A stretch of DNA of 64,000 bases from Allosphingosinicella sp. (GCA_035626655.1 DASPNF010000011.1), one strand, 5' to 3'; counted from the stretch's first letter, positions 1 through 9,661 are shown. Made by a program: numbers and translations. The notes: a model not told the origin generated them from the sequence alone.

Positions 1-85
1 CCGCAACCCCCGACATGCGGGCTTGGCAGAACTGCCGCATATCCCACATAGGGGCGCGAGACAGGCGCTGATCGGAGAGTTCAAC

Positions 86-997
86 GTGGCCACCCTGGGA
101 CTGAGCGAAGCCGAACGCGAGGCGGTCGAGAGATTCCGCCGCGACGTGATCGAGCCGAGCATGACCTCCTTGATCCTGCTCGACTTCTGGGCGGAATGGT
201 GCGGGCCCTGCAAGCAGCTCACGCCCCTGCTCGAGAAGGTGGCCGCCGATTATGCCGATCGCGGCGTCAGGCTGGTCAAGGTCAATGTCGACGAGGAGAA
301 GTTCATCGCGGCCCAGTTCCGCGTGCAGCAGATCCCGACCGTCTACGCCCTGTTCCAGGGCCAGCCGGTCGCCGATCTTTCGAGCGCGCGCACCGAGGGC
401 CAGGTGAGCGGCGCACTCGACCAGTTGCTCGCCCAGCTGCCGATCCAGGGCGAGGCCCAGCAGAAGGAAGCGGAGATCGAGCCGTTGATCGCGATGGGCG
501 AGCAGGTGCTCGGCGACGGCGACGGCGAGCGCGCCGCCAATATCTTCGCGCAGATCCGGGAGATGGCGCCCGAGCATCCGGAAGTGATCTCCGGCCTCGC
601 CCGCGCCCTGGTCGCCGCCGGGAAGATCGACGAGGCGAAGGCCGCGCTCGACGCCGCCCCCGAGAAGCTCGCCAAGGATCCCGCCATCGCCCGCGCCCGC
701 TCCGCGCTGGCGCTGGCCGAGGCGGCGCCGGCCGGCGGCGAGACCGCGGAGCTGGAGGCCCGGATCGAGCAGGATCCCGACGATCACCAGGCGCGGCTCG
801 ACCTTGCCGGCGCTCTGATGGCGCAGGGCGACCGGGAGGGCGCCGCCGCCCAGCTGCTGGAGAGCATCCGCCGCGACCGCGAATGGGAGGAGGGCGCCGC
901 CCGCAGGCGGCTGCTGCAGATCCTGGAGGCGGTCGGCCTCGAAGACCCCTGGGCAGGCCAGCAGCGCCGCCGTCTCTCCGCGATCCTGTTCGGATGA
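86..997 (+). CDS. Thioredoxin-domain / TPR-like co-chaperone (YbbN/CnoX-like)
   Basis: ORF 23..997. WCGPC thioredoxin active site followed by an Ala-rich TPR-like C-terminal half. GTG at 86 is preceded by GGAGAG (74-79) and preferred over TTG at 23; start uncertain. Confidence 0.85.
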   Translation: MATLGLSEAEREAVERFRRDVIEPSMTSLILLDFWAEWCGPCKQLTPLLEKVAADYADRGVRLVKVNVDEEKFIAAQFRVQQIPTVYALFQGQPVADLSSARTEGQVSGALDQLLAQLPIQGEAQQKEAEIEPLIAMGEQVLGDGDGERAANIFAQIREMAPEHPEVISGLARALVAAGKIDEAKAALDAAPEKLAKDPAIARARSALALAEAAPAGGETAELEARIEQDPDDHQARLDLAGALMAQGDREGAAAQLLESIRRDREWEEGAARRRLLQILEAVGLEDPWAGQQRRRLSAILFG

Positions 998-1013
998 GCG
1001 GGGGGCTGCGCCG

Positions 1014-1637
1014 GTGACGCTGCTTCGCGTCCCGATCTTCCCGCTCGCCGGGGCACTGCTCTTCCCCCGCACCCAGCTGCCGCTGCACATTTTCGAGCCG
1101 CGCTACCGGGCGATGGTGCGCGATGCGATCGCCGGCGACCGGCTGATCGCGATGGTCCAGCCGAAGGACAATGAGGAGCCGCCGGCCCTGTTCGAGATCG
1201 GCTGCATCGGCCGGATCGAGGCCTGCGACGAGCTCGACGACGGCCGCTTCAACATCGTGCTGGAGGGGCTCAGCCGCTTCCGGATCGCGCGGGAGGCGGC
1301 GGTCGGCACGCTCTACCGCCAGGTCGATGCCGACCGCGCCGGCTTCGAGGAGGAGGACGAGCCCGTGCTCGGCCTCGCCCAGCGCGCCGAGGTGGAGCGC
1401 GAGGCGCGGCGCTATGCCGACGCGCTCGGCTATATGGTGGAATGGGAACAGGTCTCGCGCCTCGACGACGAGATGCTGGTCAACGGCATCGCCCAGATCG
1501 CTCCGCTCGACGTCGGCTCCAAGCAGGCATTGCTCGAGGCGACCCTGATCGCCGACCGCGCCGACCTGCTCGTCCAGTTCATGCAGTTCCAGCGCATGGC
1601 CCCCGGCGGGGCGGACGGGCCCGAGACCCTCCAATGA
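1014..1637 (+). CDS. LON peptidase N-terminal (substrate-binding) domain protein
   Basis: N-terminus VPIFPLAGALLFPRTQLPLHIFEPRYRAMV is the typical Lon N-domain signature. 207 aa with no ATPase or protease domain. Confidence 0.85.
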   Translation: MTLLRVPIFPLAGALLFPRTQLPLHIFEPRYRAMVRDAIAGDRLIAMVQPKDNEEPPALFEIGCIGRIEACDELDDGRFNIVLEGLSRFRIAREAAVGTLYRQVDADRAGFEEEDEPVLGLAQRAEVEREARRYADALGYMVEWEQVSRLDDEMLVNGIAQIAPLDVGSKQALLEATLIADRADLLVQFMQFQRMAPGGADGPETLQ

Positions 1638-2041
1638 GCGGCGCGGTCGATCTCAGCGGCGACTGGATCGGCTTCTACAATTACGACTTCCCCTGCCCGC
1701 CGACCCAGTTCGAGGCGGCGATCCGCGATTGCGGCGGCCTGATCACCGGCGTCACCACCGAACGGTTCGACGGGCCGGACGGGCTCGGCACGGTGCTGCA
1801 GGCGGTGATCGACGGGCGGCGCGAGGGCGCGATCCTGCGCTTCACCAAGATTTACGACGATCTCGCGCTGGCGCCGGACGTGATCTTCTACGAAGGCCTG
1901 ATCCAAAGCGAGGGCGACGAGGTCGAAGGGGATTGGTCGATCCCGGGCCAGGGCGCCGGCACCTTCATGATGATGCGCAAGAGCGGGAAGAAGGCGGCCG
2001 AGACGCTGAAGGTGGAGGAGAAGGTGCCGGCCGGCCGCTAG
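1634..2041 (+). CDS. Hypothetical protein (135 aa)
   Basis: Internal ATG at 1634 of ORF 1442..2041 overlaps the upstream stop as ATGA. The translation from this ATG is non-repetitive, unlike the Arg/Pro-rich upstream part of the ORF. Confidence 0.6.
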   Translation: MSGAVDLSGDWIGFYNYDFPCPPTQFEAAIRDCGGLITGVTTERFDGPDGLGTVLQAVIDGRREGAILRFTKIYDDLALAPDVIFYEGLIQSEGDEVEGDWSIPGQGAGTFMMMRKSGKKAAETLKVEEKVPAGR

Positions 2042-3258
2042 ATGGGCAGGCCCCGCAGCAGGAGCGGCAATTCCCCGGCCTCGCCGCGCGCCTCGGCCAT
2101 GAACCTTTCCTTGAGCGGCCCGATCCGCTGGACCGCGCCCATGCCGAGGCGGCGGATCGCCGAGGCGGCGCGCCCCGGCACGCCGTAGAGCCGGGTCAGG
2201 CTGTCGGTGGCGAGCGCGACCGAGAAGGTGTCGAGGCTGCGCCAGCGCTCGTAGCGGGCCATGAGCTGGGCATCGCCGGGGTCGAGGCCGAGGCGCGCGC
2301 CTTCGACCAGCACCTCGGCGAGCGCGGCGGCGTCGCGGAAGCCGAGATTGAGGCCCTGGCCGGCGATCGGATGGATGCCGTGCGCGGCGTCGCCGATCAA
2401 AGCGAGGCGCTCGGCGGTGATGCTGGCGGCATGATGGAAGCCGAGCGGATAGTTGAACCGCGGCCCGGCCAGCTCGATCGCACCGAGAAAGCCGCCCATC
2501 CGCTTCCCGATCTCATGCGCGAGCGCGCGGTCCGGCAGGGCCAGGGTCGGCGCGGCGTCGCGCGCCTTGACCGACCAGACGATCGCCGAGCGCGGCCGCC
2601 CGTCCTCGCCCGCCAGCATCGGCAGGATCGCGAACGGCCCCGTCGGATAGAAAATCTCGTAGGCGGTGGCCTCGTGCGACCGCTCGTGGGCGATGGTGGC
2701 GACGATCGCGACATGATCGTAGCGCCATTGCGCGACGGCGATGCCGGCCGCCGTCCGGGTCGGCGAGTTGCGCCCCTCGGCACCGATCAGCAAAGGCGCG
2801 GCGAGCAGCCGCCCGTCCGCCAGCGCGACGCGGACGCCGGCGCCGTCGCGCACGACCCCGGCCGGGCGGGCGGGCATCAGCAGGTCGAGCCGCTCCGCCG
2901 CCAGCGCCGTGTCGCGGAGCGCGCCGCGCAACAGCCGGTTTTCGACCATGATGCCGAGCGGATCGTCCTCCTCGCCGGGCGCGAACAATATGCCGCCGGG
3001 CTGCAACCCCTCGCTGACCCTGATCGCGCGGATCGCGCAGGTGACGCCCGCGAGCCTTTCGGCGACGCCGATCGCCTCGAGCATCCGCCAGGAGGAGCTG
3101 GCGACGGCGGTCGCGCGCCCGTCATAGCTGGGCGCGACCTGGGTGGCCGGATCGGCCGGGTCGACGACGAGCGTGGAGAGGCCGTGCCGGTCCAGCGCGA
3201 TGGCCAGGGTCAGCCCGACCAGGCCGCCGCCGAGAATGATCACGTCCGCGCGCTGCAT
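2038..3258 (-). CDS. UbiH/UbiF/VisC/COQ6-family FAD-dependent ubiquinone biosynthesis hydroxylase
   Basis: N-terminal DVIILGGGLVGLTLA dinucleotide-binding fold, internal GDAAHGIHPIAGQGLNLG motif, 406 aa. Confidence 0.85.
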   Translation of the reverse strand: MQRADVIILGGGLVGLTLAIALDRHGLSTLVVDPADPATQVAPSYDGRATAVASSSWRMLEAIGVAERLAGVTCAIRAIRVSEGLQPGGILFAPGEEDDPLGIMVENRLLRGALRDTALAAERLDLLMPARPAGVVRDGAGVRVALADGRLLAAPLLIGAEGRNSPTRTAAGIAVAQWRYDHVAIVATIAHERSHEATAYEIFYPTGPFAILPMLAGEDGRPRSAIVWSVKARDAAPTLALPDRALAHEIGKRMGGFLGAIELAGPRFNYPLGFHHAASITAERLALIGDAAHGIHPIAGQGLNLGFRDAAALAEVLVEGARLGLDPGDAQLMARYERWRSLDTFSVALATDSLTRLYGVPGRAASAIRRLGMGAVQRIGPLKERFMAEARGEAGELPLLLRGLPI

Positions 3259-3359
3259 TTCGTCCCCCTAACGTTGCAATGAAGCAACGCCAAGCGCTTG
3301 ACCGGGGAGTCACCAAGGGCGCATTAGGGAGCAGACGGGGAACATTTGGGGCACAGCAG

Positions 3360-5681
3360 ATGGCGTCAAGCAGCGCGCGCAAGGCAGGGCCCGGCCGTCT
3401 CGACCAGTTGCGGGACGGCTCCAAGAGGCTCGCCAGAAGGTCGGGGAGCTTCCTCGCAGGCCTCTTCATCCTGATCTTCACCGCCTGCGCGCTCGTCGCC
3501 TTGCTCACCTACCACCAGAGCGATCCGTCGCTGAACACCAGCGCCGGCGGGCCCGTGGCGAACTGGATGGGCGGCGCCGGCGCCTGGCTGTCGGACATCC
3601 TGCTCACCCTTTCGGGACCGCCCGTCGGCCTGCTGCTGCCGCTGCTGCTGATCATCGGCCTCAGGCTGCTGCGCGGCGTCGAGCCGGGGCGCTGGCTGCG
3701 CAACCTGCTCGTCACCTTCGCCGGGATCATGCTGATCGGGCTGGCGGCCGGCATGTTCGCGGGCGGCGAGCTCTGGGGCCTGCCGGCCGGGTGGGGCGGC
3801 GGCCTCGGCCTGGCGCTCGCCAAGGGCATGGAAGCGCTGCTGAGCCTGCTCGGCGATCCCGGCATCGTGCAGCCGTTCCGGATCGCGGTCATCGCCATTG
3901 CCAGCGTGGCCGGGCTGGCGCTCGTCCTGCTCGGCCTCGGCCTCACCGCCGAGGAACGGCACTGGATCGCCTCGCGGCGGCTGCCGGTCCGCGGCGGCGG
4001 CGCGGGCGACGCGGACGGGGAAATCGCCCCGCCCGCCAATCGCCCGGCCCGCGCGCCCGTCGCGGAGCGCCCCTCGCGCGCCCCGGTCATCGCCGAGCCT
4101 GCGCGGGCGAAGGACAATGCGCGCCGGCCGCTGCGCGAGCGCCAGCCCTCGCTGGCGCTCGGCGACGCCTATACCCTGCCCTCGGTCGACCTGCTCAATC
4201 CGCCGCCGCCGCCGGTCAACGTCACGATCGACCGGGCCGCGCTGGAGCGCAACGCGCGGCTGCTGGAGTCCGTGCTCGACGATTTCTCGGTCAAGGGGGA
4301 GATCGTCGAGGTCCGCCCCGGCCCGGTGGTTACCATGTACGAGCTGGAGCCCGCCTCCGGCATCAAGGCGAGCCGCGTCATCCAGCTCGCCGACGACATC
4401 GCCCGCAACATGTCGGCCCTGTCGGCGCGCGTCGCCACCATCCCCGGCCGCTCGGTCATCGGCATCGAGCTTCCCAACGCCAAGCGCGAATCGGTGAGCT
4501 TCTCGGAGCTGGTCTCGAGCCCGGCCTTCGAGGACCAGGTGGCCTCGCTGCCGATCATCCTCGGCAAGAATATCGCCGGCGACCCGGTCGTCGCCGACCT
4601 CGCGCCGATGCCGCATCTGCTCGTCGCCGGCACCACCGGCTCGGGCAAGTCGGTCGGGCTCAACTGCATGATCCTGTCGTTGCTCTACCGGCTGACGCCC
4701 GAGCAGTGCAAAATGATCCTGATCGACCCGAAGATGCTGGAACTCAGCGTCTATGACGACATCCCGCATCTGCTCGCGCCCGTCGTCACCGAGCCCGCCA
4801 AGGCGATTCGCGCGCTGAAATGGACGGTCGAGCAGATGGAGGACCGCTACCGGATGATGGCCTCGGTCGGCGTCCGCCAGCTCTCCAGCTTCAACGCCAA
4901 GGTGCGCGAGGCGAAGATGAAGGGCCAGCCGCTCGGCCGGCGCGTGCAGACCGGCTACGATCCCGAAACCGGCCAGCCCCGCTACGAGATGGAGGAGCTG
5001 GACTATGAGGTCCTGCCCCAGGTCGTGGTCGTGGTCGACGAGCTCGCCGACCTGATGATGACCGCGGGCAAGGAGGTCGAGTTCCTGATCCAGCGGCTCG
5101 CGCAGAAGGCGCGCGCAGCGGGCATCCACCTGATCATGGCGACGCAGCGCCCCTCGGTCGACGTGATCACCGGCGTGATCAAGGCGAACCTGCCGACCCG
5201 CATCTCCTTCTCGGTCACCTCGAAGATCGACAGCCGCACGATTCTCGGCGAGCAGGGCGCCGAGCAGCTGCTCGGCAAGGGCGACATGCTCTACATGCCC
5301 GGCGGCAAGCAGATCGCCCGCGTCCACGGCCCCTTCGTCTCCGACGAGGAGGTGCGCGCCGTCGCCGATTACTGGCGCGGCCAGGGCCGGCCCGATTACG
5401 TCCAGGCGGTCACCGAGGAGCCCGAGGACGGCGGCTATATGTTCGAGGGCCAGCCGGTCGGCGAGGACGATGCCGAGACCCAGCTCTTCCGCAAGGCGGT
5501 CCAGGTCGTCGCCGAGAGCCAGAAGGCATCCACGTCATATCTCCAGCGGCAGCTGCGCGTGGGCTACAACAATGCCGCGCGGCTGATCGAGCGGATGGAG
5601 AAAGAGGGCTTTGTGAGTCAGCCCGACCATGTCGGCCGCCGCGAGGTGCTGATGGACCCCGAGGGCCGGCCTTTGGTCTGA
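3360..5681 (+). CDS. ftsK: DNA translocase FtsK
   Basis: N-terminal TM helices, Pro/Ala-rich linker, Walker A GTTGSGKS, and C-terminal gamma domain (YLQRQLRVGYNNAARLIERME). ATG at 3360 preferred; the ORF opens at 3279, only 20 nt from divergent ubiH. Confidence 0.93.
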   Translation: MASSSARKAGPGRLDQLRDGSKRLARRSGSFLAGLFILIFTACALVALLTYHQSDPSLNTSAGGPVANWMGGAGAWLSDILLTLSGPPVGLLLPLLLIIGLRLLRGVEPGRWLRNLLVTFAGIMLIGLAAGMFAGGELWGLPAGWGGGLGLALAKGMEALLSLLGDPGIVQPFRIAVIAIASVAGLALVLLGLGLTAEERHWIASRRLPVRGGGAGDADGEIAPPANRPARAPVAERPSRAPVIAEPARAKDNARRPLRERQPSLALGDAYTLPSVDLLNPPPPPVNVTIDRAALERNARLLESVLDDFSVKGEIVEVRPGPVVTMYELEPASGIKASRVIQLADDIARNMSALSARVATIPGRSVIGIELPNAKRESVSFSELVSSPAFEDQVASLPIILGKNIAGDPVVADLAPMPHLLVAGTTGSGKSVGLNCMILSLLYRLTPEQCKMILIDPKMLELSVYDDIPHLLAPVVTEPAKAIRALKWTVEQMEDRYRMMASVGVRQLSSFNAKVREAKMKGQPLGRRVQTGYDPETGQPRYEMEELDYEVLPQVVVVVDELADLMMTAGKEVEFLIQRLAQKARAAGIHLIMATQRPSVDVITGVIKANLPTRISFSVTSKIDSRTILGEQGAEQLLGKGDMLYMPGGKQIARVHGPFVSDEEVRAVADYWRGQGRPDYVQAVTEEPEDGGYMFEGQPVGEDDAETQLFRKAVQVVAESQKASTSYLQRQLRVGYNNAARLIERMEKEGFVSQPDHVGRREVLMDPEGRPLV

Positions 5682-5688
5682 GCCCGTC

Positions 5689-6204
5689 ATGGCCGCCCCC
5701 GATTTCGCCCGTGAATTGATCCGGCCGGTGTCGCTGAAGCCGGCCGAGGGCGCGGTGCGCGACGCCGGGCGACTGATCGCCATGGTCCACGAGCTGCATA
5801 AGGCCGGCTATCAGCGCATCCGCATCCTCCCGAACATGGCGCCGAACGGCGTGCACTGGCGCTGCCGGATCAGCGATGCCGACAATTTCACGCCCGACGG
5901 CCTGGAGTTGCGCGGCGCCGGGCCCGGCCGGGTCGCCATGTACAGTTCGGGGGATGGATCGCGTTACTTCGGCTGGGAGGATGGCGGCACGCTGACCGCC
6001 CGCTTGCTGGCGCGGCGCTTCCTGGAGGTCTTTCCGGCGATCGCCGCGCACGGCGCCGGTCGGGACTGGGCCTATGCGGGCTGGCTGACCGACGTGCTCG
6101 GGCGGGCCGAGCATGGCAGCTTCGTTCGCTTCTACGCCGATTATCCGCTGGCCGAGGACGAGCTGGCGCTCTGGCGGCCGCCGCCCGTCCCCGCCGGCGC
6201 GTGA
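5689..6204 (+). CDS. Hypothetical protein (171 aa)
   Basis: Clean ORF 8 nt after ftsK with a non-repetitive translation. No motif recognised. Confidence 0.55.
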   Translation: MAAPDFARELIRPVSLKPAEGAVRDAGRLIAMVHELHKAGYQRIRILPNMAPNGVHWRCRISDADNFTPDGLELRGAGPGRVAMYSSGDGSRYFGWEDGGTLTARLLARRFLEVFPAIAAHGAGRDWAYAGWLTDVLGRAEHGSFVRFYADYPLAEDELALWRPPPVPAGA

Positions 6205-6283
6205 GGGAACCGCCGGGGTTCACTGGACATTCAAGCGGGGTGCGCGATAGGTCGCGCGACCCCCGTTCCTTGAAGGAAGTTAC

Positions 6284-6898
6284 GTGATGACGCGCTTCAG
6301 CGCCCTTTTTCTTGCCGCCCCGCTGGTGCTCGCGGCGCCCGCGCCTGCCTTTGCGCAGACCGGCCTCGCCCAGGTACAGGCGCATCTGCGCGCCGTGCAG
6401 ACGATGACCGCAGGCTTCACGCAGACCGACGCCCGCGGCCGCTCGCTCAGCGGCCGGCTGACGATCAAGCGCCCTGGCCGCATCCGCTTCGATTATGGCC
6501 GCGCCGCGAACATGCTGATCGTCGGCGACGGCCGGGCGCTCACCTTCCTCGATTATTCGGTGAACCAGCAGCAGCGCTGGCCGATCAACGACTCGCCGCT
6601 CTCCGTCCTGCTCAACCCGAGCCAGGATCTGAGCCGCTTCGCCCGCGTCGTGGAGGACAATCCCCGCTTCCTGTTGCTGCAGGCCCGGGACCCGCGGCGG
6701 CGCGAATTCGGCACGATCACCGTCCGTTTCCTCAAGTCGGCCTCCGCGCCCGGCGGCCTGATCCTCGAGGGCTGGAACGCGATCGACGCGCAGAACAACC
6801 GCACGGTCGTCAACCTCAGCGGCCAGCGCTTCAACGTGCCCGTGGCGGACAGCGCCTTCGCCTATCGGCCGATCCAGCGCCGGGGCCCGCGGCGCTAG
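6284..6898 (+). CDS. lolA: Outer-membrane lipoprotein carrier protein LolA
   Basis: Signal peptide ending AFAQ, FTQ...GRLTIKRPGRIRFDY LolA-type pattern, and conserved position downstream of ftsK. GTG 6284 and ATG 6287 are both possible starts. Confidence 0.85.
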   Translation: MMTRFSALFLAAPLVLAAPAPAFAQTGLAQVQAHLRAVQTMTAGFTQTDARGRSLSGRLTIKRPGRIRFDYGRAANMLIVGDGRALTFLDYSVNQQQRWPINDSPLSVLLNPSQDLSRFARVVEDNPRFLLLQARDPRRREFGTITVRFLKSASAPGGLILEGWNAIDAQNNRTVVNLSGQRFNVPVADSAFAYRPIQRRGPRR

Positions 6899-7123
6899 CC
6901 GCCGCGACAAGGCGCCCCAAAATGGCCCAAATCCGTTCATCCGCGCGACAGGTGGGGGGTCCTAATATTCAGGCTGCAATTGCGGCGTTCCGCCCCGGGT
7001 TTTCCCCCTGTTGCCCGGCCGGTCATCGCAATTGACCTCGCGTAACAACGCTTGGTGGCCCTCGCTCCACGCCCCCGGAGCGGGGGCCTTCCATTTTGGG
7101 GGACGCTCGCTAAGTCCCCTTGA

Positions 7124-7918
7124 ATGTCCTCCACGCTGAAGATCGCCTCCTGGAACATCAATTCCGTGCGCGCCCGTACGGACATCGTGCAGAAATTCCT
7201 CGTCGAGGAGGCGCCGGACATCCTCTGCCTGCAGGAGACGAAGGTTCGCGACACCGAATTCCCGCAGGAGCTGTTCCGCCGGCTCGGCTACAGGCATCTC
7301 TTCATCTGCGGCCAGCCCATGCATCACGGCGTCTGCATCGCCTCGAAGGTGCCGCTGCGCGAGGATCATCGGCACGACTGGCAGGACAATGGCGAGGCCC
7401 GCCATATCGGCGTGCTGCTGGAGAACGGGGTCCGGCTGGAGAATGTCTACGTGCCCGCCGGCGGCGACATTCCGGACCGGCAGCTGAACGTGAAGTTCGG
7501 CCAGAAGCTGGATTTCGTCGGGCGGATGACACGCTGGTCCGAGACGCTGGACCGGCCGACGATCATGGTCGGCGATTTCAACATCGCCCCGCTCGAATGC
7601 GACGTCTGGAGCCACAAGCAATTGCTGAACGTGGTCAGCCACACGCCGGTCGAGGTCGAGGCGCTGAACCGGCTGCAGGCGAGCAACGACTGGGTCGATC
7701 TCGGCCGCCATTTCTTCCCGGCGCCGCAGCGGCTGCACACCTGGTGGAGCTACCGTTCGCCCGACTGGACGAAGAACGACCGCGGCCGCCGGCTCGACCA
7801 TATGTGGGCGACCGGCGAGGTCGCGAAGCAGGCGGTTGGCCACAAGGTCTACGAGCCCTGCCGCAACTGGCAGCGGCCGTCGGACCATGTCCCGCTGATG
7901 ACGGAATTCGCCTTCTGA
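7124..7918 (+). CDS. xthA: Exodeoxyribonuclease III
   Basis: MSSTLKIASWNINSVRAR...ILCLQETK N-terminus and C-terminal SDHVPL motif of the EEP/ExoIII family. Confidence 0.93.
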   Translation: MSSTLKIASWNINSVRARTDIVQKFLVEEAPDILCLQETKVRDTEFPQELFRRLGYRHLFICGQPMHHGVCIASKVPLREDHRHDWQDNGEARHIGVLLENGVRLENVYVPAGGDIPDRQLNVKFGQKLDFVGRMTRWSETLDRPTIMVGDFNIAPLECDVWSHKQLLNVVSHTPVEVEALNRLQASNDWVDLGRHFFPAPQRLHTWWSYRSPDWTKNDRGRRLDHMWATGEVAKQAVGHKVYEPCRNWQRPSDHVPLMTEFAF

Positions 7919-8964
7919 TGGGCGCGCGGGACGTCGCCCGCGCCATCGACGCGCTGCGCCGCGGCTGGCCGGTGGCGCTGGGCGAGATCAGCTTCCTCGC
8001 CATCGAGACGGCCGACGAGACCGGCCTCGCCGCCTTCGACGGCCCTGACGCCCCTGCTGCGCTCCTGATCTCCGGCAATCGCGCCGCGACTTTGAAGCTC
8101 ACCAACCAGCGCGACGCCGAGCCGGACGAACCGGTGCTGGTGAAGCGCGCGCCCTGGATCGACCTCGCCACCGCCAATGCGATTGCCGATCCGGCGCTCG
8201 ACCTCGCCACGCCCTTCAAGGGGCCGTTCCAGACCGCGCCGCTCTGCTCGCCGCCGACGGCGCGTTCGGCGCTGCGCCTCGCCCGCCTCGCGGGGCTGCT
8301 GCCGGCCTTGTTCACCCGCCGCGACGGGCCGGCCGAGGCGCGGGCCGAAGTGGCTGACGTCATGACGTTCGGCAGCGGCGCCGACCTGCGCATCGTCTCC
8401 CGCGCGCGCCTGCCGAGCCGCTTCGCCGAGCAGGGCGAGATCATCGCCTTCCGCTCGGACGGCGACACGGCCGAGCATGTCGCCTTGCTGATCGGCGCGC
8501 CGAACGGCCAGCCGCCGCTGGTGCGCGTACACAGCGAATGCCTGACCGGCGACGCGCTGGGCTCGCTCAAATGCGATTGCGGGCCGCAGCTCGCCGCCGC
8601 GCTGGAGGCGATCGCCGCCTCGGGCTGGGGCATCCTGCTCTATCTGCGGCAGGAGGGGCGCAGCATCGGCCTCGTCAACAAGCTCAGGGCCTATCAGCTG
8701 CAGGACCAGGGCTATGACACGGTCGACGCCAATCTCCGCCTGGGCTTCGCCGACGACGAACGGGATTTCTCGGTGGCGGCGCGGATGCTGGAGGCGCTCG
8801 GCCAGACCCGGATCCGGCTGCTGACCAACAATCCCCGCAAGGTGGCCACGCTCGAAGCGGTGGAGATCGCAGTCGCCGAGCGGGTGCCGCTGAAGGCGGG
8901 CGCCGGCGTCCACAACCAGGCCTATCTCGACACCAAGCGGGACCGGTCGGGGCACCAGCTCTAG
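7918..8964 (+). CDS. ribA: GTP cyclohydrolase II with long N-terminal domain
   Basis: VRVHSECLTGDALGSLKCDCGPQL zinc/GTP site and RSIGLVNKLRAYQLQDQGYDTVDAN. The ATG at 7918 shares one base with the xthA stop (TGATG). Confidence 0.9.
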   Translation: MGARDVARAIDALRRGWPVALGEISFLAIETADETGLAAFDGPDAPAALLISGNRAATLKLTNQRDAEPDEPVLVKRAPWIDLATANAIADPALDLATPFKGPFQTAPLCSPPTARSALRLARLAGLLPALFTRRDGPAEARAEVADVMTFGSGADLRIVSRARLPSRFAEQGEIIAFRSDGDTAEHVALLIGAPNGQPPLVRVHSECLTGDALGSLKCDCGPQLAAALEAIAASGWGILLYLRQEGRSIGLVNKLRAYQLQDQGYDTVDANLRLGFADDERDFSVAARMLEALGQTRIRLLTNNPRKVATLEAVEIAVAERVPLKAGAGVHNQAYLDTKRDRSGHQL

Positions 8965-8989
8965 TTTACAACGCATCCGTTTCAGCGCC

Positions 8990-9661
8990 TCACGCGAGCA
9001 GGGCGGCGATCTCGTCGAAAGTGCGGGCGACCTGCCTGACGCCGAGCGCGCGCAGCCTTTCCTCATGGTCCGCCCGGCAATGGCTGCCGGCGACGAGGCC
9101 GATCACGGTCGCGCCCGAGGCCAGGGCGCCCTGCACGCCGACCGGCGAATCCTCGATGATCGCGCAGCGCTGGATCGGCACGCGCAGCGCCGCCGCGGCG
9201 TGCAGATAGAGGTCGGGCGCCGGCTTGCCGCGTTCCACATGCTCGCGCCCGGAGAAGATCATCCCGGCAAAGACGCCGTCCAGCCCGATATTCCTGAGGT
9301 GGCTCTCGATCCAGTGCGAGGAGCTGGAAGAGCAGATCGCCTTCGGCAGCTCGGGCGGGAGGCCGCGGACGAAGGCGACGGCGCCCTCCACTGCCGCGAT
9401 CCCCTCGGCGATGGCGCGCGCATCCTCCTCGGCACGCGCGCTGTGGAAATCGTCCGGCAGCGCGCGGCCGATCCAGCGTTCGACGGCGCCGATGAAGTCG
9501 AGCCCGGCCAGACCCATGAAATTGTCCATCGCCTGCTCGACGCTGGTCGGATGGCCGCTCCGCGTCAGCCAGTCGGCGAGCTGGGCATTGCCCGCATATT
9601 CGCTCTCCAGCAGGACGCCGTCGAAATCGAAAATCAGGGCGTCAAAACGCATTCTGGTCAA
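8990..9661 (-). CDS. HAD-family hydrolase/phosphatase
   Basis: DALIFDFDGVLLES motif I and IEDSPVGVQGA motif III-IV. Confidence 0.85.
   Translation of the reverse strand: MTRMRFDALIFDFDGVLLESEYAGNAQLADWLTRSGHPTSVEQAMDNFMGLAGLDFIGAVERWIGRALPDDFHSARAEEDARAIAEGIAAVEGAVAFVRGLPPELPKAICSSSSSHWIESHLRNIGLDGVFAGMIFSGREHVERGKPAPDLYLHAAAALRVPIQRCAIIEDSPVGVQGALASGATVIGLVAGSHCRADHEERLRALGVRQVARTFDEIAALLA

Noticed and set aside
303-1634. 443-aa minus-strand ORF, one of many similarly long ORFs antisense to recognised genes (for example 3366..5327 -, 13177..15378 -, 19427..21580 +, 23776..25815 +, 45845..48010 -, 49691..51745 +, 56360..58291 +).
   Set aside because: Their translations are Arg/Pro/Gly/Ala-rich low-complexity strings with no motifs, and each lies opposite a confidently identified housekeeping gene. 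This is the expected artefact of stop-codon-poor frames in about 68% GC DNA.
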